DNA from: an uncultured bacterium
GTDB taxonomy: Bacteria; Patescibacteriota; Minisyncoccia; Phycocordibacterales; GWA1-40-21
Direction of reading: 5' to 3'
NCBI GenBank assembly: GCA_963840885.1
Contig: CAWJAN010000001.1
Span: 181,356 to 245,355, forward strand
Length of the DNA stretch: 64,000 bases
Shown piece by piece: positions 40,916 through 51,987 of this stretch; position 1 is the stretch's first letter, and every line of letters starts with the position of its first letter. The notes beneath the pieces were generated by a model. That model was not told where the DNA came from. It searched no databases and worked only from the letters and a program-made list of their open reading frames with translations. The position numbers were made by a program, and so were the translations under genes.

Positions 40916-41848
40916 TTAATTTTTAAGATATTTCTGGACAGCCAGGTAGCTCGCTATCGAACCGAGAAGAACTCCGGATCCGAACAAGATTCCGAAAATA
41001 ATGAAGAAATTCTGCATATAATAATCGAAAATATCAAAACCTACAAAGTAGGTGCCGTAATACATGTTTAAGAAATATGTCGAAGCGGCAAAAAAAGTTA
41101 TGACAAGAAATGCGGAAATCACTCCGCAGAATATTCCGCTGACGACAAACGGCCCTTTGATGAATTTTCTCGATGCACCGACGAGATGCATTACGGAAAT
41201 CTCGTCTCTCGACATGTAGATGGAAAGCTTTATGGTATTGAAAACTATGAGTATGGATATGGCTATGAAAATGATGGCCAGCCAAAGGCCGATAGAATCC
41301 ACGGAATTCAATATTTTGGAAGCGCGGTCTATTATAAGCTTATTTTTGGAATAATTTACACTGTCTATTATTTTTGTGCTGCTTGCCGAGAGAAGCTCAT
41401 TGCTGTCAGAATTCAGGAAATCGGCTATGCCTTCGTATTGCGACGGATCTTTTGCTTTTATATTGAGTGATGCGCCGAGCGGATTCGTGCCGAGCTCATC
41501 GAGAGCTTGCAAAGTGAGCTGGTCTCCTTGATTTTTTGTCTTGAAATCAGCAAGCGCCTGGTCAGCCGAAACATATTCTACGGAAGATACTTCGGGAAGC
41601 GCTTCTAGAGATTTCTTCACGGCAAGAACATCCGGCTCTGTAGCATCAGTGACGAAATAGACGCTTATATCGACTTTATCCTTCACTTGGTTGACTCCGT
41701 AATTCACGAGTCCGCTCATCAGTACTGTGCCTGAAATTATAAAAAGGGTTATCGTCATGATGACGACTGAAGATAAGGAAACGAATCCGTTCCTGAAGAA
41801 ATTCTGCAATCCAGATTTCCAAACCCTTTTTGTATTTAGCCAGAACAT
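40916..41848 (-). CDS. ftsX: Cell division permease-like protein FtsX
   Basis: NPL.AS, FNTIKL.I..RDEI.VM.LVGAS..FI.GPF. Confidence 0.93.
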   Translation of the reverse strand: MFWLNTKRVWKSGLQNFFRNGFVSLSSVVIMTITLFIISGTVLMSGLVNYGVNQVKDKVDISVYFVTDATEPDVLAVKKSLEALPEVSSVEYVSADQALADFKTKNQGDQLTLQALDELGTNPLGASLNIKAKDPSQYEGIADFLNSDSNELLSASSTKIIDSVNYSKNKLIIDRASKILNSVDSIGLWLAIIFIAISILIVFNTIKLSIYMSRDEISVMHLVGASRKFIKGPFVVSGIFCGVISAFLVITFFAASTYFLNMYYGTYFVGFDIFDYYMQNFFIIFGILFGSGVLLGSIASYLAVQKYLKN

Positions 41849-41864
41849 TTTTTTTATTATAGCA

Positions 41865-42551
41865 TTAAATGACGTATTTTCCCGTTGGATCGTCCCTTAT
41901 GATTTTTCCGTTTTCTATGGTAATGACTCTTTTTTCCAGGGAATCTATGACCCCCTTGTTGTGCGTGGTCAAGATTATCGTCGTTCCCAGATCGTTTATC
42001 TTTTTTAGAATCCTGATGACTTCGTTCGTATTTATAGGATCGAGATTCCCAGTAGGTTCATCGGCGATTATTATATCCGGCTGGTTCACTATGGCTCTTG
42101 CTATGGCCACCCTCTGCTTTTCCCCGCCGGAAAGCTCACCGGGAAAATTCAATGCCTTGCTCGCAAGATCTACAAGCTCAAGAACATGCGGGACGTCCGC
42201 CTGTATCTCTTCTTCACTTCTTCCTGAAACTTCCATGGCGAAAGCTATGTTTTCATAAACCGTCTTATTGGACAGGAGCTTGAAATCCTGGAATATCGTG
42301 CCGATTTTCCTTCTGAAATGAGGGATTTCGTTTTTCTTAAGCTTGTGCACGTCTATCGATTCATAAAAAACCCTTCCGCTCGTAGGCTTTTCTTCGGCTA
42401 AAAGCATCTTTATCATAGTAGTCTTGCCGGCTCCAGAATGTCCTACGATAGAAACGAATTCTTTAGGTTCAATTTTTGTAGTTGCTTCATCCAGCGCTAC
42501 CGTTCCGTCAGGATAAACCTTGGTAACTTTCTCGAAAATTATCATAAGCAA
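41865..42551 (-). CDS. ftsE: Cell division ATP-binding protein FtsE
   Basis: GHSGAGKT, FQDFKLL, LSGGEKQRVAIARA, ADEPTGNLD; next to ftsX. Confidence 0.93.
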   Translation of the reverse strand: MLMIIFEKVTKVYPDGTVALDEATTKIEPKEFVSIVGHSGAGKTTMIKMLLAEEKPTSGRVFYESIDVHKLKKNEIPHFRRKIGTIFQDFKLLSNKTVYENIAFAMEVSGRSEEEIQADVPHVLELVDLASKALNFPGELSGGEKQRVAIARAIVNQPDIIIADEPTGNLDPINTNEVIRILKKINDLGTTIILTTHNKGVIDSLEKRVITIENGKIIRDDPTGKYVI

Positions 42552-42616
42552 TCATTATAACATCTGGATATATCAATTCAACTTTATTTAATTCAACTGC
42601 CGGCCATTTTTAGCTA

Positions 42617-43489
42617 TTATTTCAGTTCCCTTTCCGCTTCTATGAATTCATCAAGGTCGCCGCCTAAAACTTTTTCTATGTTAGCAGTTTCCACATTGGT
42701 CCTATGGTCCTTTATCATCTTATACGGATGAAAAACGTACGAGCGTATCTGGTTTCCCCAGTTTATGGATATGGTTTTGCTTATATGCATGCCGCTTCGT
42801 TCGGCTTTTTTCTCTTCTTCCTTTAGCTTGTAAAGCTTTCCTTTCAAAATCTGCATTGCTTTTTCCTTGTTCTGGACCTGAGATCTTTGCGAAGCGCTTC
42901 GTACTGAAATTCCCGTCGGAATATGCGTGATTCTGACAGCCGTTTCTCTCTTGTTTACATTCTGTCCGCCAGGGCCTCCCGCCTTTGACATCTCAATCTT
43001 AAGATCGCTTTCGTTAATTGGGATTTCGCCGTCTTTTTCTATTTTCGGAAGCACCTCTACCATTGAAAATGAAGTTTGCCTTAGATTTTTGGAATTAAAT
43101 GGCGACAAACGCACCAGCCGGTGCACTCCCGACTCGTTTTTCAAAAGGCCGTAGGCATTCGGGCCGGTTATCTCAGCGGTAACATTCCTGTATCCGCCAT
43201 GGTCGTTTTCCGATTCGTCTATTATATGGAAGTTCCAATTTTTCCTTTCCGCATATTTCCTGTACATATCCAAGAGAATCCTGGAAAAATCCTCGGCATC
43301 GTCTCCGCCTGCGCCTGAAAATATATTCATTATGGCGTGTCCGGAATCATATTTGTTTTTTCCGGAAATCTCGGATTTAAGAAAATTTATTTCCTTCAGC
43401 ACTGCCTGGGCCTTGTTCTTATCGTTCCAAAAATCTGGGTTTTTAATCTCTTCTTCCAGCTGTTTTAGCTTTTGTTCCATTTCATTCAT
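42617..43489 (-). CDS. prfB: Peptide chain release factor 2 (shortened, 290 aa)
   Basis: SPF recognition motif, GGPGGQ, WGNQIRSYV. Confidence 0.9.
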   Translation of the reverse strand: MNEMEQKLKQLEEEIKNPDFWNDKNKAQAVLKEINFLKSEISGKNKYDSGHAIMNIFSGAGGDDAEDFSRILLDMYRKYAERKNWNFHIIDESENDHGGYRNVTAEITGPNAYGLLKNESGVHRLVRLSPFNSKNLRQTSFSMVEVLPKIEKDGEIPINESDLKIEMSKAGGPGGQNVNKRETAVRITHIPTGISVRSASQRSQVQNKEKAMQILKGKLYKLKEEEKKAERSGMHISKTISINWGNQIRSYVFHPYKMIKDHRTNVETANIEKVLGGDLDEFIEAERELK

Positions 43490-43530
43490 GGTTTGAATTA
43501 TAACAGAATTTTTTTATAAAATTAAAAAAT

Positions 43531-43559
43531 AAAAACCCCCTTGGATTCAACCAAGGGGG
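43531..43559 (-). terminator. Intrinsic terminator upstream of prfB
   Basis: Minus strand CCCCCTTGG-TTGAAT-CCAAGGGGG-TTTTT. Confidence 0.8.
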
Positions 43560-43876
43560 CGAAGAAGTTCTTATTAGGTGTGGGGCATCGCCTGACAACT
43601 TACGGCATCTACCTGATCGATAGCGATTTTTTAATTCGCCGATGGAACAGTCGCCTGTGCACGCGGTCATTTTACCGCAGCAAAAGTTGTCTTACAGCCG
43701 TGGGATTCCTCCCTAACAGAGAGAATATCTCCGTAGTCCGGCAGTTGACGCCTAACTTCTTGCGGATCAACAGTAATGTTGATATCTTCCACTAAACTTT
43801 TAAGATGCAAAAGCGATTATCGGCTTTGTTTTACCGGTATGCCGATGCCTTAAAAGTGCCCTAAAAGAACGTTCAT
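43560..43876 (-). other. Probable standalone transcript: structured RNA and/or 41-aa ORF (43667-43792)
   Basis: Promoter-like TTGCAT...TGGTAAAAA upstream, several stems, own terminator; no family recognised. Confidence 0.35.
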
Positions 43877-43970
43877 ACTTTTTACCACATTTAAATTATT
43901 ATGCAAGGGCTGTTTATTCTTTGCAAAAAATAGGAAAATCGCTTAAGATTCAAATTGTTTTTGCAGCCAA

Positions 43971-44046
43971 GCCGTTGTAGCTCAGTCGGTAGAGCACGTC
44001 ATTGGTAATGACGAGGTCACCGGTTCGATCCCGGTCAACGGCTCCA
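43971..44046 (+). tRNA. tRNA-Thr(GGT)
   Basis: Anticodon arm CGTCA-TTGGTAA-TGACG, CCA encoded. Confidence 0.94.
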
Positions 44047-44137
44047 TTTTAAAAAATGTTAGTTTTTAAAATGATGCCTATAAGTAGCTGTTCTGGCAGG
44101 TATCACCGCGAAGCAGATTAACAATTTGGGAAATAAT

Positions 44138-44210
44138 GCCGAAGTAGCTCAGTTGGTAGAGCACATCTTTCGTAAAGATGGGGTCGCCGGTTCGATCCCG
44201 GCCTTCGGCT
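44138..44210 (+). tRNA. tRNA-Thr(CGT)
   Basis: Anticodon arm CATCT-TTCGTAA-AGATG. Confidence 0.93.
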
Positions 44211-44251
44211 CAAATTATCTTTTGGACTTGTTTATGCTATTATAACCGCAT

Positions 44252-44794
44252 ATGTTTTGGAGCAGAATGGGTTTCAGGACTTTCATACTTTATTTGGTAA
44301 AAGGGATACTGCCCGGAATTTTTCTGATGATACTGTCTGTTTTTCTTCTTTTGATAAAAAGCTATCTCGTAAGCGGAGCTAATTCAGAAATAATACAGCT
44401 GGGAAATTCGTATCAGATAATAATAACCGTTGCAGGCATACTTATGATTGCAGCGTTTCCCATCATAGCTCTCGGAATAATAATAAATATGTGGCGCTAT
44501 TGGAGAATCCAATACAAGCTGGAAGATGATGTGCTCAGATTCAACCGAGGAATAATAAGCGTTAAAGAACTCTCCATACCGTATACAAAAATAGAAGACG
44601 TGGACCTTGATCAGAGCGTTCTCGGGAGAATTTTCGGAGTCGCAAGATTATCCATAATAACATCAGGACGCGAAGAAAAAGGAGCCACTAGCGAAACGGA
44701 AATGATTTTCAATATGATAGACATAGGTAAAGCCAGGGATCTCCAAAAAGAACTGATATCAAGAGGAAGTGTGCAAAAAGTCAAAGAAATTTAA
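44252..44794 (+). CDS. Bacterial PH (bPH_2) domain membrane protein
   Basis: Two TM, RGII......IPY.KI.DV...QS.LGRIFG. Confidence 0.85.
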   Translation: MFWSRMGFRTFILYLVKGILPGIFLMILSVFLLLIKSYLVSGANSEIIQLGNSYQIIITVAGILMIAAFPIIALGIIINMWRYWRIQYKLEDDVLRFNRGIISVKELSIPYTKIEDVDLDQSVLGRIFGVARLSIITSGREEKGATSETEMIFNMIDIGKARDLQKELISRGSVQKVKEI

Positions 44795-44821
44795 AACCGC
44801 CCAAAAGGCGGTTTTTTCATG

Positions 44822-44895
44822 CGCGGGTGACCGGACTCGAACCGGCGACCTCTCCCGTGACAGGGGAGCGTTCTAACCAACTGAACTACACCCGC
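44822..44895 (-). tRNA. tRNA-Asp(GTC)
   Basis: Reverse complement anticodon arm CTCCC-CTGTCAC-GGGAG. Confidence 0.94.
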
Positions 44896-44939
44896 AAACG
44901 TTTAAAAAGGATATCAGAAATTTTTATTTCTTCAATTCC

Positions 44940-45111
44940 TTTTGTGTCGACGGGTGGATTCGAGTCTTACAGACTCAGTACCCCGATTGGATTTTTCCGT
45001 TCATTTTCATTCCGGAAAAATTCTCAATCGGGCTTCGAATCCACCACGAAACTGCCATCCGGCAGTTTCTCGTCTGCACAAATATAAAACAATAAATTGT
45101 CTTATATTTTG
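44940..45111 (-). repeat. tRNA-3'-appended structured element, copy 2
   Basis: 24-nt direct copy of the tRNA(CAT) 3' end at 44940-44963; split antisense copy at 45034-45082; core shared with copy 1. Confidence 0.85.
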
Positions 45112-45185
45112 TGTCGACGGGTGGATTCGAACCACCGACCTTAGCTTTATGAGTGCTACGCTCTAACCACCTGAGCTACGCCGAC
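45112..45185 (-). tRNA. tRNA with CAT anticodon (elongator Met or Ile2)
   Basis: Reverse complement GTCGGCGTAGCTCAGGTGGTTAGAGC...CTCATAA...GGTTCGAATCC. Confidence 0.88.
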
Positions 45186-45231
45186 ATTAAAAATTTCACC
45201 GAGTTAATATAGCATTTTTTACCGTGTTTTC

Positions 45232-45275
45232 AAATTAAATGCCGATTTCGTTTTGCCGAAATCGGCATTTAATTT
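45232..45275. terminator. 19-bp perfect hairpin downstream of the initiator tRNA
   Basis: AAATTAAATGCCGATTTCG-TTTTGC-CGAAATCGGCATTTAATTT. Confidence 0.65.
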
Positions 45276-45283
45276 TTCTATTG

Positions 45284-45354
45284 TTGCGGGGGCCCGAGTT
45301 GCACGGACATCTCAAGGTTATGAGCCTCGCGAATTACTGTTACTCTACCCCGCT
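45284..45354 (-). tRNA. Initiator tRNA-fMet(CAT), atypical
   Basis: A1xA72 mismatch, A11-U24 pair, CTCATAA loop; T-loop reads TGCAACT. Confidence 0.8.
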
Positions 45355-45426
45355 ATTTAGGCTTAATATGCTACAGAAAAAATACCAAAAAGTCAATTTT
45401 TTGTATTAATAAACGGAGAAAAAATA

Positions 45427-46074
45427 TTATATTATTTCAAATTCGCTGAAAACTTTTTCGTAAAGTCCTATCACTCTTTTTGCTTCCCTTTGGCTCAGCA
45501 TGAAATCAGATCCCTCATGCGCAATCGCATTCCTTATCTTATGGGCTTCCCAGGCATCTTCAATGCTTTGAAAATCTGAAGGGTCTACGGCCTTAAGCTT
45601 GTCGCCCATATTCTCTCCCGGAAGCTCGAGCTGATCAAGAAGATCGCTCAAAATTATATCCGCTTCTATTATGGCGAATTTCCATTTATTCGGATCTTCC
45701 GAATTTATATTGTCCAAAACCACTTTCCATTTCGGATGCTGGTTTTCATTTGCAAAAACTTCAGCACCGGCTCCTTCCGGCGGAAGGACTTTTGATATGA
45801 CGGCTTCCCTCATCTTATGGTATCTATGCACGTAAATGGCAAGGACTATGACTGCTGCAGCCGAAAACAATGCCGAGACGATGGCAAATTTTGCAAAATA
45901 ATTCAAAAAATAATATGAGATGACGTTATAGTAGGAAGTCAGCTTGTCTTTATTAAGGCTAAGCCAGACTGCGGCCGAACTTATCAAACTCAAAGCTATA
46001 AAAGCTATAACTGCTAGTTCTAGCGGAGTATCTATATGACTTGGACCTGGAGCTTTTGGAGCTTTTTCTGCCAT
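45427..46074 (-). CDS. Hypothetical membrane protein
   Basis: Two TM; WK.AIIEAD, GD.LK, AWEAHKIRN.IAH motifs. Confidence 0.75.
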   Translation of the reverse strand: MAEKAPKAPGPSHIDTPLELAVIAFIALSLISSAAVWLSLNKDKLTSYYNVISYYFLNYFAKFAIVSALFSAAAVIVLAIYVHRYHKMREAVISKVLPPEGAGAEVFANENQHPKWKVVLDNINSEDPNKWKFAIIEADIILSDLLDQLELPGENMGDKLKAVDPSDFQSIEDAWEAHKIRNAIAHEGSDFMLSQREAKRVIGLYEKVFSEFEII

Positions 46075-46078
46075 ATTT

Positions 46079-46333
46079 TTACCCTGTTAAATAAGATTTG
46101 ATTCTTTTTCTAATAAATGACTTGCCATGATATGTTTTAAGATATTTTTCTCGATGCGTTGCGTCTTGTTGATTATGGCAAACTTCATAATATACAAGTT
46201 TAAACGGTTTTCTATCTTTTGTCGAATTAACGTTCCCTTTATTATGTTCATCAAATCTTAACTTTAAATTTTTAGTGAAACCTGTATAAAACTTCTTATC
46301 TTTTTGTGATTGCAGTACATATGTATAATACAT
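46079..46333 (-). CDS. Small GIY-YIG nuclease (UPF0213-like), 84 aa
   Basis: YYTYVLQS..D.KFYTGFT.NL..RF.EHN.G...STK.R.P, REKYLKT. Confidence 0.9.
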   Translation of the reverse strand: MYYTYVLQSQKDKKFYTGFTKNLKLRFDEHNKGNVNSTKDRKPFKLVYYEVCHNQQDATHREKYLKTYHGKSFIRKRIKSYLTG

Positions 46334-46365
46334 GAGTAATGAAATTTAAAGCTATTTAACAGGGT
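46081..46365. mobile_element. Putative IR-bounded mini-element carrying only the GIY-YIG gene
   Basis: 13-bp perfect inverted repeats ACCCTGTTAAATA (46081) and TATTTAACAGGGT (46353). Confidence 0.55.
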
Positions 46366-46382
46366 GAATTATAGCACTAGAA

Positions 46383-47831
46383 TTATTTTTCATCCAAGAA
46401 ACTTTTGGAAACAGCGAAAAGCGTGCCCTCTCCGAGATGATCCGCTATTAACTGAATTCCGATAGGCATTTTCTTTCCGCCAATATCCTTGAATCCGGCC
46501 GGAACGGATATGGCAGGGATTCCGGCAAGGTTTATCGGCACGGTAAAAATATCTTCAAGATACATGGCGAGTGGATCGTTGACTTTCTCCCCGATTTTGA
46601 AAGCTACCGATGGAGCAGTCGGAGTAGCTATCACATCGACTTTTTCAAAAGCTTTTTTATAATCTTCTTTTATGAGTTCGCGCACAAGATTGGCTTTATT
46701 GTAATATGCATCGTAATAGCCGGAAGAAAGAACATAAGTTCCGAGAATTATCCTTCTTTTGACTTCCCTGCCTAGGCCATTTTGCCTGGAGAGGAAATAA
46801 TCTTCGATTCCTGTTTTGCCGGAAACCCTTTCGCCGTATCTCATGCCGTCAAAGCGCGCCATGTTCGATGAAACTTCTGCAGGAACTATTACGTAATAAA
46901 CCGCCAGGGAATATTTAAGATTCGGCAATTTTATATCGATGATTTCATGACCAAGTTTTTTTAATTTTTCCAGAGACGCTTCAAAAGCTTCCAGAACATC
47001 TTTATCTATTCCGCCGACATTCAAAAAATCTCTCGGAACTCCTATTTTAAATTTCTTGCTTGATGAGATTTCTGGAGATTTTTTATTCGGAAGCGAAGTG
47101 CTGTCCATCTTATCGTGCCCCTTTATTGCTTCATACAGAATTTCCGCATCCTCTATGTTTTTTCCAAAAGTTCCTATTTGATCGAGAGATGAGCCCATGG
47201 CCATGAGGCCGTATCTTGAGACAGCGCCATATGTAGGCTTGAGCCCGACTATTCCGCAAAAGCTTGCCGGCTGCCTTATGGAGCCGCCGGTATCGGAGCC
47301 TAAAGCTACAAGAGCTTCGTCCGCCGCAACGGCGGCGGCAGAACCTCCGCTCGAGCCGCCTGGAACTCTTTCATTGTCTATAGGATTTTTTGTAACTCCG
47401 TATGCTGAATTTTCGGTTGAACCGCCCATTGCGAATTCATCCATATTTGTCCTGCCGATGATCACCGCTCCGTGCTCGCGCTGCAATTTTTCTATGACTG
47501 TTGCATCATATGTGGCTTTGTAGTTTTCAAGAATTTTGGAGGCGGAGCTGGCTATTTTTCCTTTTACTAAAATATTATCTTTTACGGCAATAGGAATTCC
47601 CATCAGAAGCGGAAAATCTTTTTTGACTTTGTTCGCTTCCGATATCGCTTTGTCAGCAAAGCTAGCTTGCTCAAGCACATTGTCATAAACTTCAAGGTAC
47701 GCATGAATATCTTTGTCCTTTTTCTTTATTTCATCCAGATACGCTTTGGCGAGATCGCTTGCCGAATACTCTCCTTTCTTGAAGGCTTCATGGGCTTTTT
47801 TTATAGTAAGATTTTTTAAATCAATAGGCAT
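46383..47831 (-). CDS. gatA: Asp/Glu-tRNA amidotransferase subunit A
   Basis: NMDEFAMG.STENS, PGGSSGGSAA, GSDTGGSIRQPA. Confidence 0.96.
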   Translation of the reverse strand: MPIDLKNLTIKKAHEAFKKGEYSASDLAKAYLDEIKKKDKDIHAYLEVYDNVLEQASFADKAISEANKVKKDFPLLMGIPIAVKDNILVKGKIASSASKILENYKATYDATVIEKLQREHGAVIIGRTNMDEFAMGGSTENSAYGVTKNPIDNERVPGGSSGGSAAAVAADEALVALGSDTGGSIRQPASFCGIVGLKPTYGAVSRYGLMAMGSSLDQIGTFGKNIEDAEILYEAIKGHDKMDSTSLPNKKSPEISSSKKFKIGVPRDFLNVGGIDKDVLEAFEASLEKLKKLGHEIIDIKLPNLKYSLAVYYVIVPAEVSSNMARFDGMRYGERVSGKTGIEDYFLSRQNGLGREVKRRIILGTYVLSSGYYDAYYNKANLVRELIKEDYKKAFEKVDVIATPTAPSVAFKIGEKVNDPLAMYLEDIFTVPINLAGIPAISVPAGFKDIGGKKMPIGIQLIADHLGEGTLFAVSKSFLDEK

Positions 47832-48115
47832 CAGAGTATTTTTTTGACTTTAAGATAATTATCCTGTGATTCCGGCATGTCTGCGACTATATCTTTTGTA
47901 TTTTTTCCGCTCTCAGCAGGATTTTCATCAAGCCTTGTGACATTTCTGTGTTCGCCGGCCTTTTTCTCTTCGCTCATCGTCGAAGCTACATCTTTTATCT
48001 GGGAAACATAGCCTAAAATAGAGCCTATGTCTTTAAGAAGGCTTTTCTTCTCATTTTCGGAGAGCTCGATTCTGGCAAGCTTAGCCAAGTGTTCTATATC
48101 TTTTATTTCCAACAT
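47831..48115 (-). CDS. gatC: Asp/Glu-tRNA amidotransferase subunit C
   Basis: HLAKLARIEL, IL.YV.QI, YLKVKKIL; adjacent to gatA. Confidence 0.93.
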   Translation of the reverse strand: MLEIKDIEHLAKLARIELSENEKKSLLKDIGSILGYVSQIKDVASTMSEEKKAGEHRNVTRLDENPAESGKNTKDIVADMPESQDNYLKVKKIL

Positions 48116-48133
48116 AAAATCAATACTAGCACT

Positions 48134-50182
<2,049 letters not shown>

Positions 50183-50758
50183 TTACTGGATATAAGAAAA
50201 ACTCATACCTCTTTCAACTCTTCTTCCCGCAATCTGGGAATTGTGGCCAAATGTCTCTATTGTCGTATCGACGGTTCCATTTGTGGCATTGTATATCTTG
50301 CTTATATATATATCGGAAGCGGGATCGAGAGGATTGCTGGAAAATTTGAAAAAATTCACCATTGGGTTTTGAGAAAAATAACCGAGGCCGGATTCCACAA
50401 AATTCAGGCTTGCCGGGTCTGTGCTTCCGCTTAAATCCACATTCACCGTATTGCCAGCGCAAGTTATCTGCGTCGCGGCGACATTTATTCCGCAATCAGC
50501 AGTGCTTTGATCTATACAGGCCGGAATCGCGCCTTTGACTATATCCCAGTAAATGGCGCATTCTCTTGCACTGTCGGCGGCATAATATGCCTGAGCAGAA
50601 TCCCTTGCGGAAGTCGCAATATCTATTTCCTTAAGCGAAATATTGAAAATGGAAAGGCCGAGAGATATGAGAACGCTCGAAAGAAGCACGGCGAAAAGCA
50701 GGGCGAATCCTGATTCTTTTGTTGCTGATGCGGCTTTTTTTGTATCAGATAAAATCAT
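50183..50758 (-). CDS. PilX-like minor pilin
   Basis: GFALLFAV (no Glu+5), S..AYYAADS..ECA. Confidence 0.8.
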   Translation of the reverse strand: MILSDTKKAASATKESGFALLFAVLLSSVLISLGLSIFNISLKEIDIATSARDSAQAYYAADSARECAIYWDIVKGAIPACIDQSTADCGINVAATQITCAGNTVNVDLSGSTDPASLNFVESGLGYFSQNPMVNFFKFSSNPLDPASDIYISKIYNATNGTVDTTIETFGHNSQIAGRRVERGMSFSYIQ

Positions 50759-50982
50759 CTGTTTGAAAATCTGTGCTTACTGTATTTTACGATATTTTTA
50801 AAAATAAAGCTAAAATTATAATCGCTTTGGAAATAATCGGTCTGCTGCCTAATACTTGATATATCTCATTTATTGTAGTATAACATCGCCAGGACCTTAA
50901 AATCATTTTTGTTTGGTTTAAGGAAGTTCTTATCCAACTCAATATCTTTTCACAGTCAACTTTCTTCAAAAAGGAGTGTAAG

Positions 50983-51972
50983 ATGAAAAAAGCTTTGCTT
51001 TGTTTTGCCGTATTCGTTGCCGTCTTTTCGGCAGCGATTGTCATGACCTCGTGCGGAGGAGGTAATCCTGCCGGACCGGGAGGCGGAGGAAGCAGCCAGA
51101 CGCCGGGAATAACCTGCATCAATAATCAGGGAACGGTGGTGCCATGCGCTCCATCTTTCACGGCAACGCCGACGCCTACCGGAACATGGTATACGCCGAC
51201 GCCGACGGACACGATGACTCCCTGCTTTATTTCAACGGGGACTCCTTGCGGACCGGGTATACCGACTATACCGCCGACTGGTACCTTTACGATGACACCT
51301 ACTATCACGTCTACGGTTACTAAAACGCCGACGGCAACTCCGACTTCGACTCCCTCGAGCCACAATGTATATTTTGTGATTTCGGGAACTTTTGTCGGAG
51401 GAGGAACGATCAATACGTCGAATTCCACAGCAGGTTCATCTGAAGAAGTGGATGAGACGGTGTCGCCGATTTCACGAACATCATCGACGTATGCGTTTAA
51501 TTCCGGAGATTTGATTTTTGCGTCAATCGGAAACATACCGCCTGGACCATATTACAATATGTCTAATTCGACTGTTGAAATATGGGTTGACGGATCGCTT
51601 TGGCGCTCTGCTTCATTGCCTTCAGGTGTGGCTACAGGAAATAATGTATTATTAAATGAGACTGTTCCTGTGGATACATCGAGTACGCCTGCCGGAACTC
51701 CGGTAAACGTATCATATACGGTTACATCGAATAATCCTGGGGATTTTTCCGTAACATATAATCTGCCGGACGGAGGACAAGTATCGGTTTCTCAAAATGA
51801 ATCCTTTACTTCGGGAACTCTTCAGTTTTATCCGGGAGAAGTGGCGAAAATCGAAGGGACGAGCTTGAGCGGAAGGACGGATAATTTTACGTCTACGATT
51901 CTGGTGAGTAGTTCATCTGTTGCTCAGATAACCGCTGCAAGCGATGCGGTTACAGAGTACACGATGCCTTGA
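50983..51972 (+). CDS. Lipoprotein with Pro/Thr linker and beta-rich domains (paralog A)
   Basis: Lipobox-like MTSC, NPAGPG, TP repeats; own promoter, RBS and terminator. Confidence 0.75.
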   Translation: MKKALLCFAVFVAVFSAAIVMTSCGGGNPAGPGGGGSSQTPGITCINNQGTVVPCAPSFTATPTPTGTWYTPTPTDTMTPCFISTGTPCGPGIPTIPPTGTFTMTPTITSTVTKTPTATPTSTPSSHNVYFVISGTFVGGGTINTSNSTAGSSEEVDETVSPISRTSSTYAFNSGDLIFASIGNIPPGPYYNMSNSTVEIWVDGSLWRSASLPSGVATGNNVLLNETVPVDTSSTPAGTPVNVSYTVTSNNPGDFSVTYNLPDGGQVSVSQNESFTSGTLQFYPGEVAKIEGTSLSGRTDNFTSTILVSSSSVAQITAASDAVTEYTMP

Positions 51973-51987
51973 TCCAAAGTCATGCGG

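Noticed and set aside
43560-43876. tmRNA or RNase P RNA
   Set aside because: No tRNA-like ends with a TTCRA arm and CCA, and no GAGGAAAGTCC / AGAA...GGCTTA P4 pair.
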